64,000 nt of DNA from Deltaproteobacteria bacterium (GCA_025363655.1 JANYDK010000147.1:72046-136045); one strand, 5' to 3'. Counted from the stretch's first letter, positions 45,751-56,289 are shown. The notes: generated by a model not told the origin, from the letters alone. Made by a program: numbers and translations.

Positions 45751-47562
45751 GTGCGATCCGGTCTCTCTCTCGCGGCTGTCGTGCTCGTCGCCGGTCTCGG
45801 CGGCGTCGGCATCGGATGTCGTGCGCCCACGCAAATCACCGTCGAGGTGCGCACCGACGTGCCATGCGCCGACCTCTCCCGGACGAAGATTCGCATCGGC
45901 ACGCTCGACAGCGGCAACGCGATCGTCGACACCACCTTTTGCACGGCTGGACGTGTCGGAAGCTTGGTGGTCGTCCCCAGCGGCTCACGCGACGCCGAGG
46001 TCGCGATCGCGGTGGTGATGGAGCTGAAAGACACCGCCCCGCACGACTGTCGCTTGGATGGCCCCTCGGACCTCCACTGCATCGTCGCCCGGCGAGCGCT
46101 GACCTTCGTCGAGCACACCGAGCTCGACCTCCCGGTCGACCTCCGACTCGATTGTCGCGGCGTCGTCTGCGACACGACGCACACCTGCGTGCACGGCAAC
46201 TGCGTCGACGCGCGCATCTCCGACGCCAAGGTGTGTCACGGCAACGGTTGCGACGACGCGAACCTCGGCGGGGGCTCCGACGCCGGCGCCGAGGTCTCGA
46301 ATGACGTCGGCGATGCCGGCGACACGAGGCTCGACGCAAGTGACGCGGGTGACGCAAGTGACGTGCGTGACGTGCGTGACGTCAGTGACGCGAGCGACGG
46401 CGATGCGGGACACCTCGACGTTCTCCGGATCGGCGTCGGCGAGCTCTTCGCGTGTGCGCTGCTCTCCGATCGCACCGTGTGGTGCTGGGGCGACAACGTC
46501 AAAGGCCAGCTCGGCGACGGCACGGTCGGACCTGGGCGAAGCACGCCGGCCCCCGTGCTCCTCGGCCTCGGCGGCGCGAAGCTCGACTCGATCACCGACC
46601 TCGTCGTCGGCCAACGTCATGCGTGCGCGAAGAAGCTCGACGACACCGTCGTCTGTTGGGGTGATGGCGCCGCCGGTCAGCTCGGAGACGGCCTCTTGGT
46701 CTCGCACTCATCCCCCGTCACCGTGCTCGTCACGGCCGGAGGCGCACCCCTCAAAGGAGCAACCTCGCTCGTTGCCGGCGATCGCAGGTCGTGCGCGCTG
46801 ACGGGCGCGGCGAGCAGCGCGACGGTGCTCTGTTGGGGTGACAATGGCGACGTCTCGCCGAGCCCGCATGCGCCGCCGGGGCCTTCGCTCACCGGCGTCA
46901 CGCTGGTCGCGCACGGGAGCAACCACGTTTGTGTGCGCAAGATCGACGCCACCGCGCTCTGCTGGGGCTACAACTTCGATGGCGAGCTCGGCGACGGAAC
47001 GAACACCGACCAGACCGAACCGACGCCGGTGCTCGTGTCCAAGGGCGGTACTGCGTTGACACCCGTCGCTACGCTGACGGGCGGGTATTTCTCGACATGC
47101 GCGCGCATGAGCGACGGCACCGCGCGATGCTGGGGCAGCAACTCGAACGGACAACTCGGTGATGGCAGCGAGACCGGCCTGCCGAGCTACTCTCCGGTGA
47201 CCGTCGTCGCCACCGCCGCGGGAGGCGCAGCGCTGACCGGCATTCAATCGATCGCCTCCGGTGACGCGCACGCGTGCGGCCTGATGAGCGACGCGACGCT
47301 CCACTGTTGGGGTCGCAACGGCGACGGCGAGATCGGCGACGGCACCTCCGACGACACACGCTCCATCCAGACGCAGGTCCTCGTCTCGCTCGGCGGCGCT
47401 CCGCTCGCCAACGTGCTCGAGGTCGCGACCGGTGATGCAACTACCTGCGCGCGCACTGCCGACGGTCTCGCCTACTGTTGGGGAAGGAACGGCGTCGGTC
47501 AGACGGGAGACGGCACGACGACGACCCCACGTCCTTCGCCACGACGCGTTCTCCTGCCGTGA
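45751..47562 (+). CDS. Lipoprotein with an RCC1/BLIP-II repeat beta-propeller
   Basis: Lipobox GIGC; seven CWG.N..G(Q/E)LGDG-type repeats. Confidence 0.88.
   Translation: MRSGLSLAAVVLVAGLGGVGIGCRAPTQITVEVRTDVPCADLSRTKIRIGTLDSGNAIVDTTFCTAGRVGSLVVVPSGSRDAEVAIAVVMELKDTAPHDCRLDGPSDLHCIVARRALTFVEHTELDLPVDLRLDCRGVVCDTTHTCVHGNCVDARISDAKVCHGNGCDDANLGGGSDAGAEVSNDVGDAGDTRLDASDAGDASDVRDVRDVSDASDGDAGHLDVLRIGVGELFACALLSDRTVWCWGDNVKGQLGDGTVGPGRSTPAPVLLGLGGAKLDSITDLVVGQRHACAKKLDDTVVCWGDGAAGQLGDGLLVSHSSPVTVLVTAGGAPLKGATSLVAGDRRSCALTGAASSATVLCWGDNGDVSPSPHAPPGPSLTGVTLVAHGSNHVCVRKIDATALCWGYNFDGELGDGTNTDQTEPTPVLVSKGGTALTPVATLTGGYFSTCARMSDGTARCWGSNSNGQLGDGSETGLPSYSPVTVVATAAGGAALTGIQSIASGDAHACGLMSDATLHCWGRNGDGEIGDGTSDDTRSIQTQVLVSLGGAPLANVLEVATGDATTCARTADGLAYCWGRNGVGQTGDGTTTTPRPSPRRVLLP
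46333..46400. repeat. 9-nt degenerate tandem repeat (gtgacgcaa/gtgacgtgc) encoding a DAS/DVR linker
   Basis: Read directly from the sequence; DASDAGDASDVRDVRDVSDASD. Confidence 0.7.
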
Positions 47563-47730
47563 GTCGAGGACGCAGTAGCCGACCCTCTCTCACCCCACCC
47601 TACGCCGGCCCAGCTTTGCAACTATTGCCCGGGTCTGCATCGGTTGCGGACCTTTTCGGCGCGGAAATCGCTGGAGTGGGCTTCGCCGACACGTTGTTCC
47701 CTTGGCCTGGCCCGTGCAGTGTATCGGCGC

Positions 47731-50700
47731 ATGTCGTTGCGTCCTCACGTCGCGCGCCCGCTCAAGCTCCTGGCCGCCTCGCTCGCGGCGGGTGGGCTCT
47801 TGCTCTTCTCTACGGGCGGCTTCGCGGTCGGCTGCGGCTCTTCGGGGAACAGCGACGAGTGCGCGCTGCACGCGACGGGCTGTGAGTGCGCGACGGAAGG
47901 CGAGACGATCGACTGCGGCGAGACCATCTCGCAAGACAACGACGTCCTCCACTGCCTCGCGGGAAAGCGTAGCTGCTCTTCGGGTCGATGGGGTGCGTGC
48001 GTCGGCGATCAGAAGTCCTTCAACGCCGCGCCTACGCTCGGAACCAAGGGCGCGACGCCGATCCCCTGCACGACCAACCCCTGCGACCCCGGCTGCATGA
48101 CGTTCGGCGACACGCCGGCCGACATCGATGGCGGTCTCGACGGCGGCGTCGTCAACGCAGAGGGGGGCGGCATCACGCTCGGCGAAGGCGGCATCGGCGG
48201 CGGCGGCTACGGCGACGGGACGGTCTGCACCGGGCTCGCGTGCAGCATCAACGCCTGCGGTGGCGACTACACGAAGACCCAGCTCACGGGCCGCGTGTGG
48301 GATCCGGCCGGCAAGGTGCCCATCTACAACGTGCTCGTCTACGTGCCGAACGCAGCGCTCGCGCCGCTGCTCGAAGGCGTGTCGTGCGACTCGTGCGCCA
48401 CCGGCTCCGGTAGCCCGCTCGTCTCCGCCCTCACCGACTCCTCGGGAACCTTCACGCTCAGAGGCGTTCCGTCCGGCGCCAGCATCCCGCTGGTCATCCA
48501 GAGCGGGAAGTGGCGACGTCAGATCACGCTCCCGAGCATCACTCCCTGCGTCAGCAACACCGGCGACACGCTCACCGGCGCCGACGGGCTCAAGCTCATC
48601 CGCTTCCCGAAGAACCGTTCGGAAGGCCACATCCCGCGCATCGCCTTCGTCTCGGGGAGCGCTGACCCGTTCCAATGCGTGCTCAGCAAGATGGGCATGG
48701 ACACTTCGGTGACGTCCAGCGAGGTCGGGCCGCCCCGCCTCAACACGGCGGTCAGCGTTCTCACGAACTCCGACTTCGAGACCATTGCTCCCATCGCCAG
48801 CGGCTGGACGACGAGCGGCGGCAAGGTGCTGTCGTCGACCACGAAGAGCGCGGGCTCGTACTCGATCCAGCTCGGCAGCACGACCCTCGCCAAGGGCCTC
48901 GCGACAGGCGCCACCTGCTACGACGGCACGTCGTGCCTCTCGGGCACCTGCGTCGGCGGCGTCAACGCGATCAAGAACGGCAGCTTCGAGAACCCGACGG
49001 GGTGGAGCGGCGTCGCCGTCACCGACTGGGCGCTGACGTTCACCGGCACCGAGTACGTCGGCTCCACCGGAACGGCGCACACCGGCGCGGTTTCGATTCG
49101 CCTCGGCAATAACGCCGGTATCTCGAAGCTCAACAACGCCTCGCAGGACTTCACCGCGCCCGCCTCCGGCGGCACGCTCTCGTTCTGGTACTACGACGTC
49201 TGCAAGGACACCGTCACGCCGCACCAGGACTACGTGACCGCGACGCTTCTCGACAAGGCGACCGGCATCACGACCACGATTCTCCCGAAGACCTGCACCA
49301 ACACCAGCAGCTGGGCGAACGTCACCTGGCCTTTGGTCGGCGGACACGACTACACGTTGATGCTCACCAACGCCGACAACTCGGACAAGGCGGCGAACGG
49401 CAGCTACTCGTACTGGGACGACGTCATCGTCGGCACGACGGGCATCTGCGGCGGACCGTCGTTCGACAACAGCGTGGCGCAGACCTTCACCGCGCCCGCG
49501 GGAGGCACCTACAGCGAGCTCTCGTTCGATTGGCGCGACACCTGCGCCGCCAGCTCGACGGTCACGACCGACTGGACGAATGCGACCCTCCTCGACAACA
49601 CGACCGGCGCCAGCTCGCTCGTCGTCCCCAATACTTGCGTGAACGCGAGCGTGTGGACGACGGTCACGTCGAAGCTCACGCCCGGCCACAGCTACACGCT
49701 CACGTTCCTCAATCACGACATCAACACCGGCTCGTACTCGCGCTTCGACAACGTGAGGATGCAGACGGTCACCATCTACGATACGCGCATCCACTACTAC
49801 AACGGCTCGAGCAGCGCCGGGCAGGACCTCTCGACGGCGATCGGCGGCGGCGCGCCCTCGGCGAACACGCTCTACGACACGCCCGATCACCTCAACCTCT
49901 ACGACGCGGTCATCCTCGCGTGCGAAGGCGGCGAGTACAACAAGGGCGCCGGCATCAACCAGGCGCTCGTCGACTACTCGAACCGCGGCGGGCGCGTCTT
50001 CGCCACGCACTTCTCCTACGCGTACCTGCAGTTCGCCGACGCGGCGACCAACTGGCCCAATGTCGTCCAGTTCTGGAACCACGCTGCGTACCCGGCGAGC
50101 CCGATGACCACGCTCATCAACCGGACCTTCCCCAAGGGCGACAACTTCGCCAAATGGCTGAACGATCCGACGGTCGGCGCTGCAGCGACGCTCGGCACGC
50201 TCAACATCGCCGAAGGCCGTCACGACTACGACTACATCAACACCGGCCTCGCCACGCCTTGGATGGCCTCCAACAGTGACGGCACGCTTCCGGGCGGCTC
50301 GATCAAGGGAGCCGCCGGCGCGGTGTGCGCTAGCGGTTCGTCTTGCCTTTCTGGCACCTGCACCGGCTCGTCGGCCGCTGCCGGCATCACCAACGGAACG
50401 TTCGAGGGCGGCGTCCTCACCGGTTGGACCACCAGCGGCACCGCGAACACCATCTCGCTCGTCCCGCACTCCGGCACCAAGTCGGCTCAGGTCGGCTCGG
50501 CCTTGCCGTACAACGGCGACAACAAGCTGACCCAGACCTTCACCACGCCGGCCGGCGGCGCGGTCCTCAGCTTCTGGTACCTCAACGCTTGCACCGACTC
50601 GGTCACCTACGACTGGGCGACGGCAACGCTGAAGGACAACGTCACGGGCATCACCGTCACCATCCTCCCGAAGACGTGCACCAACGACGGGATCTGGCAG

Positions 50701-51543
50701 CAAGTGACGTCGTCGCTCCTCGTCGGCTCGCGCAGCTACACGCTGACGCTCCTCGATCACGACGACAACGCCGGCGGAGATCCCACCTACACCCTCTACG
50801 ACGACGTCACGCTCGGCACGCCGGGCACTTGCACCGTGCCTGCGGTCTGCACCAGCGACCTCGACTGCGGCAGCGCGACGTCGACCGGCGCGGCTTGCTG
50901 GAACGGGACCTGTATCCCGGGCCACAACATGGAGCCGCTGATGACGTTCAACACGCCAGTGGGAGCTGCGCCGGCGAGCCAGTGCGGTCGCGTCGTCTAC
51001 TCCGACTTCCACGTTTCGAGCGGCGCGCTCAACGGTACGGGCACCACCTTCCCCGAAGGCTGCAACACCGGCGACCTCTCTGCGCAGGAGAAGGCGCTCG
51101 AGTTCATGCTCTTCGACCTCACGTCCTGCCTGACCCCGGACTACGTGCCGCCGGCCGGCCCGCCGCCGTTCACCACCGCGACGGCCAGCCGCGACTACGC
51201 TGCGTCCTGCCCGATCGGGTACAAGGCGATCTGGCGCTTCTACGATTGGAAGTCGATCGTGCCGGGTGACGCGTCGATTTCCTTCACCGTCCAGACCGGC
51301 AATACTGCGGCTGCCTTGACCGCGATGACTCCGCTCCCCTTCGCGACGGTGACGAACGCGACGGCCACGGCCACTTCTTGGACCGGCGTCGACATCGGGG
51401 CGTTCTTGGACGGCCCCCCGCCGAAGGCCCCGCAAGGCAGCCTCCTCCGCATCAACATCACCCTCAAGCCCACCTCGGACGCCAAGAGCGCCCCCACGCT
51501 CGTCGACTGGCGCCAGTCGTACAGCTGCGTCGCCGTCGAATAA
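47731..51543 (+). CDS. Large Cys-rich surface lipoprotein: carboxypeptidase-regulatory-like domain, myxobacterial conserved core and three CBM-like jelly-roll inserts
   Basis: Lipobox AVGC; G.V.DPAG..P.YN..VYVP, GKWRRQ, GGRVFATH, QCGRVVYSDFHV and QEKALEFMLFDL; three N(G/S).FE...W...QTF...LSF...DDV units. Confidence 0.85.
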   Translation: MSLRPHVARPLKLLAASLAAGGLLLFSTGGFAVGCGSSGNSDECALHATGCECATEGETIDCGETISQDNDVLHCLAGKRSCSSGRWGACVGDQKSFNAAPTLGTKGATPIPCTTNPCDPGCMTFGDTPADIDGGLDGGVVNAEGGGITLGEGGIGGGGYGDGTVCTGLACSINACGGDYTKTQLTGRVWDPAGKVPIYNVLVYVPNAALAPLLEGVSCDSCATGSGSPLVSALTDSSGTFTLRGVPSGASIPLVIQSGKWRRQITLPSITPCVSNTGDTLTGADGLKLIRFPKNRSEGHIPRIAFVSGSADPFQCVLSKMGMDTSVTSSEVGPPRLNTAVSVLTNSDFETIAPIASGWTTSGGKVLSSTTKSAGSYSIQLGSTTLAKGLATGATCYDGTSCLSGTCVGGVNAIKNGSFENPTGWSGVAVTDWALTFTGTEYVGSTGTAHTGAVSIRLGNNAGISKLNNASQDFTAPASGGTLSFWYYDVCKDTVTPHQDYVTATLLDKATGITTTILPKTCTNTSSWANVTWPLVGGHDYTLMLTNADNSDKAANGSYSYWDDVIVGTTGICGGPSFDNSVAQTFTAPAGGTYSELSFDWRDTCAASSTVTTDWTNATLLDNTTGASSLVVPNTCVNASVWTTVTSKLTPGHSYTLTFLNHDINTGSYSRFDNVRMQTVTIYDTRIHYYNGSSSAGQDLSTAIGGGAPSANTLYDTPDHLNLYDAVILACEGGEYNKGAGINQALVDYSNRGGRVFATHFSYAYLQFADAATNWPNVVQFWNHAAYPASPMTTLINRTFPKGDNFAKWLNDPTVGAAATLGTLNIAEGRHDYDYINTGLATPWMASNSDGTLPGGSIKGAAGAVCASGSSCLSGTCTGSSAAAGITNGTFEGGVLTGWTTSGTANTISLVPHSGTKSAQVGSALPYNGDNKLTQTFTTPAGGAVLSFWYLNACTDSVTYDWATATLKDNVTGITVTILPKTCTNDGIWQQVTSSLLVGSRSYTLTLLDHDDNAGGDPTYTLYDDVTLGTPGTCTVPAVCTSDLDCGSATSTGAACWNGTCIPGHNMEPLMTFNTPVGAAPASQCGRVVYSDFHVSSGALNGTGTTFPEGCNTGDLSAQEKALEFMLFDLTSCLTPDYVPPAGPPPFTTATASRDYAASCPIGYKAIWRFYDWKSIVPGDASISFTVQTGNTAAALTAMTPLPFATVTNATATATSWTGVDIGAFLDGPPPKAPQGSLLRINITLKPTSDAKSAPTLVDWRQSYSCVAVE

Positions 51544-51549
51544 CCCATC

Positions 51550-52692
51550 ATGCGCGTCACCTTCACTGCGTGCCCCATCGCGTTGAGCGCATTGCTGCTC
51601 GCGTGCTCGAGCACCGATCATCCGCCCTCCAACCCCATCTTCGACTCCAGCGCCGACGATACGAGCTCGGCGGCCGATGGCTCGACCGACGGCACGGTCG
51701 GCGATGCGCGAGATGGCGGAGGCAAAGACGCCACGACCGACGCTCACACCGATGGAGCGAGCGACGGCGGTGACGCTGGCGGCGATGGAAGCGCGACCGA
51801 TTCGACAGTGAAGGACTCCGGAAAATTCGACTCCGGACCCGACGTCTATCCGAGCGATGCACCGACCTTCGACGCCCTCGGTCCAACCGTGTGCCCGACC
51901 GATTTCCCCTTCGGGGTGACAGCCGTCGCCGTGACCTATCCCCACGCCAGCTCGGGCGACGAGCTCCTCGCAGCGCTCACTTGGGACGAGCTGACGATGG
52001 CGTGGACGACGGGCACCCCGGGGTCCGTCGTCGTCCACTACGCCGACCGCGCCACGCGCGACGCCGCCTTCACCACCGACCGAACGCTTCCCACGTCCCT
52101 CGGCCCGTTCCCGCTGGAGAAGGTGGCGCTCACGCCCGATGGCCTGAAGCTCTACTACACGTCCGCCGATCGCCTGAAGGTCTTCCAGGTGTCCCGACCG
52201 ACGCGCGCCGACGCCTTCGATCCGACGACGGCGACGACCGCGCCGTTCGTTCGAATCATGTCCTCCGAGGCGAGCACGCCTCGTCCCCTCGGCGATCTCG
52301 TCATCTCGCGTGACGAGCGAACCCTCATCTACACCGACTTTTCCGTGACCTCGGGCGCGTCGATCATGATCAGCGGCCGCTCTGGCGACGGAACGTGGGC
52401 TGGACCATCGGTGGTCGATGCCTCCGCGCTCCTGATGGTCGGCACCGCGCGCCGAAGGCCGAGCGGGCTCTCGATCGACGGGCGCACGCTCTTCTATTTC
52501 GACGAGGACGACCGCGGGCCGAAGATCGCCACGCGGGCGCTCGGCTCGTCGGACTTCACGCTGTTCTACGACATCAATCCGGTGGGGCAGCGGCCGATGC
52601 CGGCCGAGGTGTGCGACCGGCTCTACATCAGCGTGGCGAGTGATCTCGGTGGTGGCGTGGCTGGGCCGATGAAGATCTTTCACGTGCCCTAG
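51550..52692 (+). CDS. Lipoprotein with a PD40/TolB-like propeller (paralog A)
   Basis: LLAC lipobox; LTWDEL, LTPDGLKLYY, ISRDERTL and LSIDGRTLFY. Confidence 0.75.
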   Translation: MRVTFTACPIALSALLLACSSTDHPPSNPIFDSSADDTSSAADGSTDGTVGDARDGGGKDATTDAHTDGASDGGDAGGDGSATDSTVKDSGKFDSGPDVYPSDAPTFDALGPTVCPTDFPFGVTAVAVTYPHASSGDELLAALTWDELTMAWTTGTPGSVVVHYADRATRDAAFTTDRTLPTSLGPFPLEKVALTPDGLKLYYTSADRLKVFQVSRPTRADAFDPTTATTAPFVRIMSSEASTPRPLGDLVISRDERTLIYTDFSVTSGASIMISGRSGDGTWAGPSVVDASALLMVGTARRRPSGLSIDGRTLFYFDEDDRGPKIATRALGSSDFTLFYDINPVGQRPMPAEVCDRLYISVASDLGGGVAGPMKIFHVP

Positions 52693-52710
52693 AGGCCGCG
52701 CGATGCCGGC

Positions 52711-53124
52711 TCAGGGCGTATCGGCGTGCGCGTCGTCAGCGTGGCCAGCGTCGACGCTGACGCTCGCGTCGCCGTCGTAGATCTTGTCCGCGTCGCACTC
52801 GCCCCATCGCAGATCGTCGCCGCAAATGCGGGTGCCGATCGAGCACGCGATGTAGGTGCCTGATTTGCGGATCACGCGGCACTCGATGGCGAGGCCGGCG
52901 GTCGAACAAAGGCATCCCGTCTCGGTGCCACAACCGCCGCCGCCCGGCGTGATCGCCGACGCGTCACCCGGAGGCGCCACCCCGCCGTGATCGTCGGAGC
53001 CGCAGCCGACGACGATGACCGCGGTCGGAACGAGGAGCACCGCGAGAGCGCCGAGCAGGCGAAGCAGGACTCGAGAGTAGGTTCTTGTCTCACGTCGAAG
53101 TGCGGTTCGTCGCCCGTGAAGCAC
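52711..53124 (-). CDS. Small Cys-rich lipoprotein; start uncertain
   Basis: VVGC lipobox; GCLCSTAG..IEC...CSIGTRICG...WGEC. Confidence 0.6.
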   Translation of the reverse strand: MLHGRRTALRRETRTYSRVLLRLLGALAVLLVPTAVIVVGCGSDDHGGVAPPGDASAITPGGGGCGTETGCLCSTAGLAIECRVIRKSGTYIACSIGTRICGDDLRWGECDADKIYDGDASVSVDAGHADDAHADTP

Positions 53125-53192
53125 ACCTGATGTTAGCACGCGCGCGCGCCTTCGCTCATGCGCCGTCTGGAGTAGACTGGGAGAAGACGCGC

Positions 53193-54290
53193 ATGCAATC
53201 ACGCCTCTTCGTCGTCCTCGCGGCTAGCTTCGCGGCTGGCGTTTGTCTGACGACGATCTCGTCGTGCTCGTCGACCGATCGACCTGGTGCGCTGCCCGTC
53301 GACACCGACAGCGGCATCGACAGCACGCTCGACGACGTCGTCACCGTGGACACGCGTCGCGACGACGTCGCGCCCAAAGACGTCGTCACCGACACCGCTC
53401 CCAGCGCCGATGCAAAGCCGCTCTGCCCCACGGCCTACGTCGACGACGAGCCGACCGCGGTCGACTACGCACACGGAGCTTCCGACATCGAGCTCCTCGC
53501 CGCGATCACCTGGGACGAGCGGACGATGGCCTGGACCACGGAAGAGTCTGGCACCATCGTCGTCCACTACGCCGATCGTGCCGCGAAGAACGACGCCTTC
53601 ACCGGCGCGCGCACGCTCCCGACGGCGCTCGGTCCCTTCGCCGACGACAAAGTCGCGCTCAGCGCCGACGGTCTGACGATGTATTTCGTCTCCGACAATC
53701 ACGAGGTGGTGACGCAAATCACCCGCGCGTCGCGCGACGTCGCGTTCGATGCAGCGACCGCCAGCACCAAGCCGTTCCGTTCGATCACCGGCAAGAATCC
53801 CGACGGTCTACCGACGCCGAAGCTCGCCGATCTCGTCCTCTCGAAGGACGGCAAGTGGCTCTTCTACACCGACCTTCTGCGCACCAAAGGCTCTTCGCTG
53901 ATGCTGAGCCTCGAGCTCGCCGACGGCACTTGGGACAAACCAAACCCGATCGACGCGCCGCGCGTGCAAATGGAGGCCGGCTTCCATCGACGACCGACGG
54001 GGCTCTCCGCCGACAAGCTGTCGCTCTTCTACTTCGACGAGGTGAGCGAGGCTTGCTACGTCGCCTTCCGCGAGCCGGGGAGCTCGGTCTCGTTCGACGG
54101 ATTCTACGGCTTCTCGCCCACCGGTCGTCGCGCGATGCCGACCGACTCGTGCGATCGCGTCTATCTCAGCTACGAATCGCCCGGCGATCGCGACGCGGGC
54201 AAAGACTCCGGTGGACTCGAGGCGGGCAGTGACGGCGACGCCGCGGCCGACGACCCGCCGACGGTCACGCACATCGTGCACGCACCCTAG
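53193..54290 (+). CDS. Lipoprotein with a PD40/TolB-like propeller (paralog B)
   Basis: Collinear with 51550-52692: ELLAA.TWDE.TMAWTT, VVHYADRA, RTLPT.LGPF, RRP.GLS.D and R.MP...CDR.Y. Confidence 0.78.
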   Translation: MQSRLFVVLAASFAAGVCLTTISSCSSTDRPGALPVDTDSGIDSTLDDVVTVDTRRDDVAPKDVVTDTAPSADAKPLCPTAYVDDEPTAVDYAHGASDIELLAAITWDERTMAWTTEESGTIVVHYADRAAKNDAFTGARTLPTALGPFADDKVALSADGLTMYFVSDNHEVVTQITRASRDVAFDAATASTKPFRSITGKNPDGLPTPKLADLVLSKDGKWLFYTDLLRTKGSSLMLSLELADGTWDKPNPIDAPRVQMEAGFHRRPTGLSADKLSLFYFDEVSEACYVAFREPGSSVSFDGFYGFSPTGRRAMPTDSCDRVYLSYESPGDRDAGKDSGGLEAGSDGDAAADDPPTVTHIVHAP

Positions 54291-56281
54291 CGCGGTGTCA
54301 GGGACTCGAGCTCGGTGCCGGCGGCGTACGCGTAGCTGACGAAGCTGTCGAAGCCGTAGAGAATGAGCCCCACCGGGTGGTTCGCTTGCAGACGATGGAC
54401 GCCGTCGTTCTGCCTTCCGGGCTGCACCTGCGTGCCGACCGGGAGCGAAGGATCGAACACCGGGAACGAGAGCTGGCACTTCCACACTTCCCAGCCGGCG
54501 CTGATCGGCTTGCCGGTGACGGGGCTCGCCGCAGCGGCGACGGGCACGCGCAGACAGGCGTCGGCGTCGGGCTTGGCACCGTCGAGCAAGATCTCCGAGT
54601 CGAGCGGGGCGAGCACGGTGAAGTAGTCGAACGCGTACTTGTCCGGCGTGAGGAAGACGTAGTCGGCGCGCCACTGCTCGATCGGCGGAACGATGAGGAG
54701 GCTCGGATCACCGCCTGGATAGCCGCGCGGGATGCCGGCTGCTTCTTGCGAAGCCTGCACCTCGCCGACGTGGACCGCGCCGTCGGTCTCGATGGAGAAA
54801 TCTTGGTGGTAGATGATTTCGCGGAAGCCGCCGGGGCCGGTGATCGTGAAGGCGTCGTCGGGCTTCGGCAACGACGTGCGGACGTGCACCGTGCCCTCGG
54901 CGACGGCGACAATGCGCGCGTACTCCGGCTCGTCGTAGGCACCGACCGCCTTCGCGCCCGAGGCGTTGACCGCGTCGGCGCGGTTCGGCGAGTGACCGAC
55001 GAGGAACCGACGACCGGCGGTGCGCGACGGATCGAGCTGTTCTTCCAGGTGATCGGCGCAACAAGAACGCTCGGCGATGGTGTTCCAGTGGGGAGCGTCG
55101 GCGGCCTCGCTGCCGGAGAAGACGATGACAGGACCGCTCGCCTCGATGATCGAGCCGGTGAAGTCGGCCTGGAAGGCGCCGCTCTCGAGGTTCAACACTT
55201 CGAAGGGTTGGAGCGTGAAGGTCATCGACTCGCCGATACCGGCCGAGCCGACGCCGAGCCCGGCGACGATTTTGGCGGTCGTCTTGATCGTCACCGCCGT
55301 CGTCGCACGCGTGCCGACGATGGTGACGAAACTACGTAAATCCAAGCCGAAATTATGATCGGGTGAGTCGTCGTTGGCGATGGTCTGCGGCCAACCGACG
55401 ACCACGTAGCGGACCGAGTCGCCGACCGCTTCGACCGGCTTGAGGAGCGAGGCGTCGTTGGAGAAGACGTTGGCGTTGTCGAGCGGGTTGAACTGGTAGG
55501 CGATGATCGGGACGTCGCTGGTGACGCGAAAGGCGCGACGTGTCAGCGCGCTGTTGGTGCGTCCTTCGATCGGCGCTGTCGGATCGGCGCTGGGACCGTC
55601 GACCTCGCGCGGACCGAGGAGGAAGACCTCGAGGTTCTGCGGCGTCACGCGCGCCTTGGCGACGATGCGGACCGCGGCGGGCGTGCCCGGATCGCCATCG
55701 TCTTGCTCGACGACGACGTTGGCGGCGACGTCGACTTGAGGGTTGCTCACGACGACCGCGAACTGCTGCGCCGAGGCGTTGAGCGACGGGTTGATGTCGG
55801 CGTTGTCGAGATCGACTGCCCAGTACTCGCAGCCGACGTTGCTGTGTCGCTTGCGCGCGCTGGCGCACAAATCGTCGCAAGATCCGCCGCGACAGGCCTT
55901 GCCCTTCTCGTTGCAGACGGCGCCAGGATCGAAGCCGGAGCCGTCGGCGCGACAGGTGTCGACGCGATCTTTCAGATCGCCGCCGCACGTCGTGTTGCCG
56001 GGACGACAAGGACGACAGCCGAGGTCGGCGGTGGCGCAGGCGAGGCCACGCGCCGAGCAGTCGTCGCGCGTCGCCCAACCCTCGCGGCCGGTGACGCCGA
56101 TTTCGCAGTCTTCGAGGATGTCGCCGTCACATCGAATCGCGCCCAGTGTGCACACCGCAGCTTCGGGAACGACATAGTCCTGCCGATAGGCCTTGTCGTA
56201 TTTGCACGCGACGAACGCTGCGCCGAGCGTGAGCATCGAGAGCGCCACCAGAGACGCCGAGCGTGAACGCGTTTGGCGCAT
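54287..56281 (-). CDS. IgGFc-binding-protein N-terminal domain lipoprotein
   Basis: FVAC lipobox; SNVGCEYWAVDL, YQFNPL, SNDASLL, DHLEEQ, GDPSL...PP.EQW and YAYAAG. Confidence 0.85.
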   Translation of the reverse strand: MRQTRSRSASLVALSMLTLGAAFVACKYDKAYRQDYVVPEAAVCTLGAIRCDGDILEDCEIGVTGREGWATRDDCSARGLACATADLGCRPCRPGNTTCGGDLKDRVDTCRADGSGFDPGAVCNEKGKACRGGSCDDLCASARKRHSNVGCEYWAVDLDNADINPSLNASAQQFAVVVSNPQVDVAANVVVEQDDGDPGTPAAVRIVAKARVTPQNLEVFLLGPREVDGPSADPTAPIEGRTNSALTRRAFRVTSDVPIIAYQFNPLDNANVFSNDASLLKPVEAVGDSVRYVVVGWPQTIANDDSPDHNFGLDLRSFVTIVGTRATTAVTIKTTAKIVAGLGVGSAGIGESMTFTLQPFEVLNLESGAFQADFTGSIIEASGPVIVFSGSEAADAPHWNTIAERSCCADHLEEQLDPSRTAGRRFLVGHSPNRADAVNASGAKAVGAYDEPEYARIVAVAEGTVHVRTSLPKPDDAFTITGPGGFREIIYHQDFSIETDGAVHVGEVQASQEAAGIPRGYPGGDPSLLIVPPIEQWRADYVFLTPDKYAFDYFTVLAPLDSEILLDGAKPDADACLRVPVAAAASPVTGKPISAGWEVWKCQLSFPVFDPSLPVGTQVQPGRQNDGVHRLQANHPVGLILYGFDSFVSYAYAAGTELESLTPR

Positions 56282-56289
56282 GGGCGTCT

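Noticed and set aside
47590-52683. 1697-aa reverse-strand ORF, and similar long antisense ORFs (107-2017, 9128-11233, 22002-25223, 29991-32039, 56674-58632)
   Set aside because: These are shadow frames of real genes in high-GC DNA, with Arg/Gly/Val-rich composition and no motifs.
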